Shown here piece after piece: positions 58,670 to 64,000 of a stretch of 64,000 nucleotides of DNA. The notes beneath the pieces are model-generated. The model had not been told where the DNA came from and searched no databases. It worked only from the letters and a program-made list of their open reading frames with translations. This DNA comes from an uncultured Woeseiaceae bacterium (lineage in GTDB: Bacteria > Pseudomonadota > Gammaproteobacteria > Steroidobacterales > Woeseiaceae). A program made the position numbers and the translations under genes. Each line of letters begins with the position of its first letter. Positions within the stretch are counted from its first letter, which is position 1. Location of the stretch: positions 1,061 to 65,060 of the forward strand of contig CAJQPR010000067.1 in the NCBI GenBank assembly GCA_905480255.1, written 5' to 3'.

Positions 58670-60091
58670 CTAAACTTGCTCGGTTCGCCAATTTCCGCGG
58701 CGGAACACTAGCACGCCAAGAATAGTCAGTACTGATTCAGAAATAATAATGGCCATGAAGACGCCATTTGGCCCGAATCCGACGCCGGTCGCCAGCCAGT
58801 ACGCAAGCGGAATCTGCAGCAGCCAGAAGACAATGAAATTCAGAATTGACGGCGTACGGGTATCGCCCGCTCCGTTGAGCGCCTGGATAACTATCATTCC
58901 AACGGCATACATTGGATAGCCCAGTCCCATAATGCGCAGACAACTGACGCCGTAGCTCAAAATTTCTGCATCGTCAGTGAACATTCCTACAATTTCCGGC
59001 GCCAGTACAATAAAGATGCTGCCGAGAACCGTCATGAAAATTACGTTGTAGCGCGAAGCCACCCAGACGGATTTTTCCGCCCTGTCCGGCCTCGCTGCGC
59101 CGAGATTCTGCCCGACTAGTGTCGCGGCCGCATTGCCGAGTCCCCATGCAGGCAGGAACACGAACTCGATCAGGCGAATAGCAATGGTATAGGCAGCAAT
59201 TGGCGCGCTGCCATACAGTGCGACAACGCGAATGATCGCGATCCAGCTCGACGTTGCTATCAGGAATTGCCCTATGCCACCGGCTGATATGCGAATCATT
59301 CGGCCGATCAGTTCCGGAGAAATCGCAAGATTGTTCAGCTGAAACTGGAGCCGTCCTTTGCCGGCAAACAAATACCAGAAAAGATATGCGACACCTACGC
59401 TGCGACCAATGGTCGTAGCAACGGCTGCACCGGTTACACCGAGTTCCGGGAACGGGCCCAGGCCGAAGATCAGGCAAGGGTCCAGAATGATATTCAGCCC
59501 GTTCGCCAGGATCAGTGACCGCAGAGCAACCGGAGCGTCGCCGGCACCGCGAAAACCTGCATTGAGAAGAAACAGGTAGAGGATGCTGGCGTTACCGCCA
59601 AGCAACATGGCAGTAAAGCCTTTGCCCTCGGAAATAACACCTTCGCTGGCGCCCATCATACTGAGCAGGTCGGCGGCATAGACCACGCCAAGTACGGCGA
59701 TAATGATTGATATCGCTGCGCCGACCCAGATCGCCTGCCCCATAACATAGGCGGCCGCAACGGGGTCCCTGGCGCCGATTCGGCGTGAGATCATTGCGGT
59801 GACGCCCATTCCGAGGCCGATTGCCAATGCGTAGAGCACCGTAATCAGCGCCTCTGTCAGGCCGACGGCAGCGATGGCGTTAGTTCCCAGCCTTGAGACG
59901 AACGCTATGTCGACGACGGCAAATACCGCTTCCATCGCCATCTCAAGCATCATCGGTATGGCCAGAAGGCCCAACGCACGATTGATTGAACCAGTAGTGA
60001 AATCGGTCTCGTTATCACTCAGCGCTTCGCGAACAAACGCGTGTACTCGCTTCAGGAGAGTTTGGTTTTTTGTTGTAGATTCGTAAGTCAT
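58670..60091 (-). CDS. MATE family efflux transporter
   Basis: 473 aa with 12 TM segments, and the N-terminal block LLAIPMMLEMAMEAVFAVVDIAFV typical of MATE/NorM-like pumps. Confidence 0.9.
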   Translation of the reverse strand: MTYESTTKNQTLLKRVHAFVREALSDNETDFTTGSINRALGLLAIPMMLEMAMEAVFAVVDIAFVSRLGTNAIAAVGLTEALITVLYALAIGLGMGVTAMISRRIGARDPVAAAYVMGQAIWVGAAISIIIAVLGVVYAADLLSMMGASEGVISEGKGFTAMLLGGNASILYLFLLNAGFRGAGDAPVALRSLILANGLNIILDPCLIFGLGPFPELGVTGAAVATTIGRSVGVAYLFWYLFAGKGRLQFQLNNLAISPELIGRMIRISAGGIGQFLIATSSWIAIIRVVALYGSAPIAAYTIAIRLIEFVFLPAWGLGNAAATLVGQNLGAARPDRAEKSVWVASRYNVIFMTVLGSIFIVLAPEIVGMFTDDAEILSYGVSCLRIMGLGYPMYAVGMIVIQALNGAGDTRTPSILNFIVFWLLQIPLAYWLATGVGFGPNGVFMAIIISESVLTILGVLVFRRGNWRTEQV

Positions 60092-60373
60092 TTGATTTTT
60101 TCTTCCGTACCGCGTCCGACATTTTTGACGGGTGCGGCTTCGAGTCCGGAGGTGCCAGCCCGGACATTCTGAAAAAGCGAATGATTCGGCTAGCGGGCTA
60201 GCGGGGGCGCTGCAAAGCTGACAAGCATCAGGTTGCCAGGTGCACGGACGAGCCCGACCACGACGGTATTATTTCGAATTGTCGTATTCATGATTGCCTA
60301 GTCCGTTAAAAGCCGAAATGACTTACCGAAGTAATGCTAACCGAGTTTGCGGATATGTCAACGATGGTGACAA

Positions 60374-61234
60374 TCAAGCCGCGCCTTGGGACGTTTGTCC
60401 GCTCTCTTCCTGCTCTCGTTCCCACTCGCTGACGAGCTGCCGGTTGTCGACCTGCCAGGGATGAAAGTCTTTCCTGAAAAAACTGAGCCAGGCGCCGAAA
60501 ATGCGGCGCAGGATGCCTGGCTTGACGAAGAGATATTTGAAGCCATGAGCCCATTCCCGAAGGCTCCAGAGTTTGCCTTCTTTCTGCAGCATGATGCAGA
60601 GATTGCGCATCGTGTCCTTAAAGAAAAAGAACGTATTCAAAAGCAAGGCCTGCCGTCGCTCGGATACGGATCCACCTACAGCGAGGAACACATCGAAGGC
60701 CACTGCCTTGTGTTCAGTTTCTTCGACGCCGTGCCAGCGCCACAGGTTTGCAATCTGGGGGTCGGCGCCAATCAGGACATCATCATGAGACAACATGTCG
60801 TGAGCCATGATTGCCGTGATATGTTCATTAGCTACAGTACCGGCCAGTCTGCGCCTGGCACTCAATTCGCGATAGGCCCAGGCCATCCGTAGCCGTTCAT
60901 TCTTCTCGAAGCGATCAAGGTCGTAGTCGCGCAGCTTGCACAGGAGCTCGTTGTACTTTTGATGCTGGACTCTGTGAGTCGACTCCTGTGCACGGAATGC
61001 AGCGATCTCATCCCGCAAGCGAGGATCGTCAATTTCATCCTCAAAATGCACGACACTGTCGATGAAAAACTTTTCACCAAGTGGAAATAAAAGAGACATC
61101 GCATTGAACCAGGCGGTCACGAATGCGCTGCCGCCATGCCAGTCTGATGCAAGCGCATCCTCAATATCGAAGGACTTTCTGCGGGGACCGAATTCGAGGT
61201 CATCCGGACTCTGGCTTTGAGGAAGTGTCGTCAT
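60374..61234 (-). CDS. Predicted metal-dependent hydrolase (COG3687-type)
   Basis: Blocks FVTAWFNAMSLLFPLGEKFFIDSV, QESTH and WHGVEETEHKAVAFDV match my recollection of this family. Confidence 0.65.
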   Translation of the reverse strand: MTTLPQSQSPDDLEFGPRRKSFDIEDALASDWHGGSAFVTAWFNAMSLLFPLGEKFFIDSVVHFEDEIDDPRLRDEIAAFRAQESTHRVQHQKYNELLCKLRDYDLDRFEKNERLRMAWAYRELSARRRLAGTVANEHITAIMAHDMLSHDDVLIGADPQIANLWRWHGVEETEHKAVAFDVFLAVGGSVSERRQALLLNTFFFFKDTMRNLCIMLQKEGKLWSLREWAHGFKYLFVKPGILRRIFGAWLSFFRKDFHPWQVDNRQLVSEWEREQEESGQTSQGAA

Positions 61235-61329
61235 TGCCCCGATTCTACATCGCTGGGGCGTCTTGTATCGTCCGCTGCTATGCTAAAACCGAATTTCGAA
61301 TAATCTCATGTTGAGAGGAGCGGAACGTC

Positions 61330-61482
61330 ATGTCCGAAGGTTTTTGGCCTGTCTTGCTGATCATTGCGCTGGTCTTTGCCTGGGTCCTGTCAAAAGTGAT
61401 CTTCTACATGAGGCGGAGCGAAATGCAGTGGCAGAATGTCGACAAGAGCAAATTAAAAGAGTGGGACGACGATGAAGACTAA
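61330..61482 (+). CDS. Possible 50-aa single-TM protein (not in the ORF track)
   Basis: Hand translation gives MSEGFWPVLLIIALVFAWVLSKVIFYMRRSEMQWQNVDKSKLKEWDDDED. GAGAGGAG lies 9 nt upstream of the ATG, and its stop overlaps the convergent Kef gene stop. Confidence 0.4.
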   Translation: MSEGFWPVLLIIALVFAWVLSKVIFYMRRSEMQWQNVDKSKLKEWDDDED

Positions 61483-63248
61483 CGTCCATCGCTCTTTTGA
61501 TCGTTTTTCAACAAGAGCTCAAGCTCCCGTGCAGTATCTTTTGCCGACTGAATGACCATTTCCTCGTCGTGCTGCACGGCGTGTTGTTCGCGGATTAATT
61601 GCTCGTCGCGTTCCCTGAACATTTCAATAATGTTTCGGGTTTCCTTTTGATCGAGCCCCAGGTCATTAAGCACCCTTTCGCTCATTGCCAGGCTTGATAA
61701 GAGCGTCTCCCGGTAGATGTGTTCGATTCCGAGATCCATGAGGTGATATTCATGGCGGCGATTCCTGGCCCGGGCGATGATGGTCAGGTGCGGAAAATGA
61801 CGTCGTATGGTTTCCGCTGTTTGCATCGACGCTTCAATATCATCAATGGCAAGAACGAAGAGTTTGGCGTGCTGCGCACCGGCCGCGCGTAACAATTCCA
61901 GCTTGGAAGCATCTCCAAAATGTACAGTGTTGCCATAGCGACGTACGACGTCGACCTGTGAGGAGTCGATTTCGAGTGCGGTAAATGTCTGATTTACAAC
62001 GGCAAGCAAGCGGCCAACGATCTGACCGAATCGACCAAAGCCTGCAATAATTACCAAATTGTGGCCGCTGTCGAATTCGTCATACACGGGTTCGACTTTT
62101 TTGGACATTTTGTCGGTCAGGTGTTCATTGATGAGAAATGCAATCGGGGTCATCAACATCGACACGGCGACAGCCAGGATCATTTGATCAATAAGTGCCG
62201 CATCCAGGGCGCCGTCCCGGGCGACGATCGCAAACAGCACGAACGCGAACTCGCCACCCTGCGCAAGAACGACCGCAAGACTCATGGCCCCTTTCGTATC
62301 GCAAATACCGAAAACGCGCGCCAGGGGGAAAAGAACGGCCGCTTTCAGAAACATCAGTCCAAAGACCATTAACAGGATTGTTCCCGGATCCTGCAGCAAC
62401 AGTCCTATATTTACTGACATGCCGACTGCAATGAAGAACAGGCCCAGCAACAGCCCCTTGAAGGGTCCAATGTCCGCTTCGAGTTCGTGTCGGTATTCTG
62501 AATCTGCCAACAACATTCCAGCCAGGAATGCGCCCAGAACCATCGACAGTCCGGCAAATTCCATCAATAAGGCTGCGCCGATTACAACCAGCAATGCGGT
62601 GGCCGTAAATATTTCGGGAATTCCTGTGCCTGCGGCAATTCTCAATACCGGTCGAAGAAGCAGTCGACCACCAACGATCAGGCCGCCGATAGCAACAACC
62701 GCAATTAAAATACTCTCAATCTGAAAACCGTTGCCCTGAGAAAGGGCCAATATCGGCAATAACGCGATTAGGGGAATTACGGCGAGATCCTGAAAAAGCA
62801 GAATTGCGAATGCTGCACGACCGTATGTCGTCGTCAGTTGGTTCTTCTCTGCCAACAACTGCAAGACGAACGCGGTGGATGACAGGGAAAGTATGAGACC
62901 GACAATGACTGCGGTCCTGAGATCGAGGCCAAAAACCATGCTTGCCAAAGCAATAACCGTTGCGGACAGCAAAACCTGGGCCGCACCGAGTCCGAATACC
63001 ATTTTTCGCAGAACCCAGAGACGTGAAGGCTGCAATTCGAGACCGATAATAAACAAAAGGAAAACTACGCCAAGTTCAGCAAAATGAAGAATATGATCCG
63101 GGTCCTTTACCAGGCCCAGTGTCGCCGGGCCAATGACAATTCCAGCGGCCAGGTACCCAAGGACTGAGCCGAATCCCAGGCGCTTGCTTAACGGAACGGC
63201 AATAAGTGCGGCAACCAGGTACACAAGCGCTTGCTGCAATAGAGTCAT
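61479..63248 (-). CDS. Kef-type glutathione-regulated K+ efflux protein (CPA2 antiporter with RCK/TrkA-N domain)
   Basis: N-terminus LVYLVAALIAVPLSKRLGFGSVLGYLAAGIVIGP, about 12 TM segments, and a C-terminal Rossmann motif IIAGFGRFGQ. Confidence 0.9.
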   Translation of the reverse strand: MTLLQQALVYLVAALIAVPLSKRLGFGSVLGYLAAGIVIGPATLGLVKDPDHILHFAELGVVFLLFIIGLELQPSRLWVLRKMVFGLGAAQVLLSATVIALASMVFGLDLRTAVIVGLILSLSSTAFVLQLLAEKNQLTTTYGRAAFAILLFQDLAVIPLIALLPILALSQGNGFQIESILIAVVAIGGLIVGGRLLLRPVLRIAAGTGIPEIFTATALLVVIGAALLMEFAGLSMVLGAFLAGMLLADSEYRHELEADIGPFKGLLLGLFFIAVGMSVNIGLLLQDPGTILLMVFGLMFLKAAVLFPLARVFGICDTKGAMSLAVVLAQGGEFAFVLFAIVARDGALDAALIDQMILAVAVSMLMTPIAFLINEHLTDKMSKKVEPVYDEFDSGHNLVIIAGFGRFGQIVGRLLAVVNQTFTALEIDSSQVDVVRRYGNTVHFGDASKLELLRAAGAQHAKLFVLAIDDIEASMQTAETIRRHFPHLTIIARARNRRHEYHLMDLGIEHIYRETLLSSLAMSERVLNDLGLDQKETRNIIEMFRERDEQLIREQHAVQHDEEMVIQSAKDTARELELLLKNDQKSDGR

Positions 63249-63366
63249 AGCCCCTCCGGTTCAGTTGGTTGAGATTTGTTGCATCAATGTCATCAAAGTG
63301 ATGCCTGTTGTGCCACTGATTGCAGTTTTGCATTAAACTACCGGGCAAATTTCGAGAGGCACTGAA

Positions 63367-64000
63367 ATGTTGAAGCAGCAATACTGGCGTCTGGCAATTG
63401 TACTGACAATGGTCGTTTCAGTGGTAACGGCTTGCGATACCGGAACGTCGCCTGCCGTTCCGACAGAATCGGCAGGCTCCGCCGCTACGACAGGATCCGG
63501 CACAGCATCCAGGACTGGTGACGCTTCAGGCGAGACGGAAGAGCGGCCTGTGGTTGCCGAATCCTTGCCTTATGCTGAAGTTGACGACCAGCTTGTTCAT
63601 GGCCATTTCGCATTTCCGGCAGACATGGTCGATCCCTTACCGGGCATCATAGTCATTCACGAACGCTGGGGCCTGGATGACCGAACCCGCGCGCTCGCTG
63701 ACCGGCTCGCCGGTCAGGGTTATGTTGTATTGGCAGTTGATTTGTTTGGCGGGCAAACTGCCAGCGACGTCAGCGATGCCCGTGAGCTGATGGTGCAGGT
63801 CGTCGAGAACCCTGAACTTGCCAACGAAAATATTCGCCAGGCATATCAGTTTCTGAGTGATTCCGGACAAGCACCCAGCATTGCGGCGCTCGGTTGGAGC
63901 TTTGGGGGCAACTGGGCTCTGAATGCGGCGATGCTTTTCCCGGACGAGCTGAGCGCGGCTGTTATTTATTATGGACAGGTTTCAAACAACGAAGAACGCC
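63367..64000 (+). CDS. Dienelactone hydrolase family lipoprotein (3' end truncated by the window edge)
   Basis: Hand translation gives MLKQQYWRLAIVLTMVVSVVTAC (lipobox), a Ser/Thr/Gly-rich linker, IIVIHERWGLDD, and the Ser nucleophile elbow GWSFGG. The frame stays open to position 64000. Confidence 0.75.
   Translation, partial: MLKQQYWRLAIVLTMVVSVVTACDTGTSPAVPTESAGSAATTGSGTASRTGDASGETEERPVVAESLPYAEVDDQLVHGHFAFPADMVDPLPGIIVIHERWGLDDRTRALADRLAGQGYVVLAVDLFGGQTASDVSDARELMVQVVENPELANENIRQAYQFLSDSGQAPSIAALGWSFGGNWALNAAMLFPDELSAAVIYYGQVSNNEER

Noticed and set aside
60188-60291. Tandem 8-mer GGCTAGCG x2 (60188-60203) and a 33-codon minus-strand ORF (MNTTIRNNTVVVGLVRAPGNLMLVSFAAPPLAR, 60190-60291), 98 nt upstream of the MATE gene. 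Considered as a leader peptide or attenuator.
   Set aside because: The RBS is weak, no terminator/antiterminator alternative structures were found, and two copies of an 8-mer can occur by chance. Kept only as a note.
1-64000. Search for CRISPR repeats, IS/transposase or integrase genes, tRNA/rRNA genes, prophage or conjugation genes, and canonical defence-system genes.
   Set aside because: None recognised. No direct-repeat/spacer arrays, no DDE or tyrosine-recombinase motifs in any listed ORF, and no tRNA-like cloverleaf candidates in intergenic regions.

Overview
Gene-dense 64-kb chromosomal segment from a Gram-negative bacterium. That origin is inferred from lipoprotein signals, Omp85, TonB-C, and RND/MFP genes. 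I support about 63 CDS, including one partial CDS at the 3' edge and two small ORFs below the ORF-track cutoff. All product calls rest on motif and architecture recognition by eye, since no alignments were run. I found no rRNA, tRNA, CRISPR array, IS element, transposase, integrase or phage gene, so this looks like core genome rather than an accessory island.

Main blocks:
- 1974-3857: methionine-salvage genes mtnD-mtnC-mtnB. A separate mtnA, coupled to a second class II aldolase, lies at 38049-39766.
- 6822-11418: exported hydrolases (M28/PSMA-like peptidase, TPR protein, Cys-type sulfatase).
- 14119-27816: a contiguous 13.7-kb efflux block made of an MFP-MFP-RND-RND operon and a PadR-MFP-RND operon.
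- Scattered housekeeping and accessory genes: folD, ppiC, a Kef-type K+ efflux protein, a MATE pump, an IorAB-like molybdoenzyme, TPMT, and two dienelactone hydrolases.

Nothing is an unambiguous new system. The best candidates for a second look are:
1. The two-adaptor/two-permease RND operon.
2. The mtnA-aldolase pair, a possible DHAP-shunt branch.
3. The tightly packed aminotransferase-cupin-ceramidase-like-GFA operon.
4. The MATE / single-pass membrane protein / orphan ABC ATPase / NERD string.
5. The Imm10-like / DUF1272 / GIY-YIG trio.

Start codons were adjusted from the ORF track where signal peptides, RBS-like sequence or neighbouring stops supported it. All such starts are inferences.
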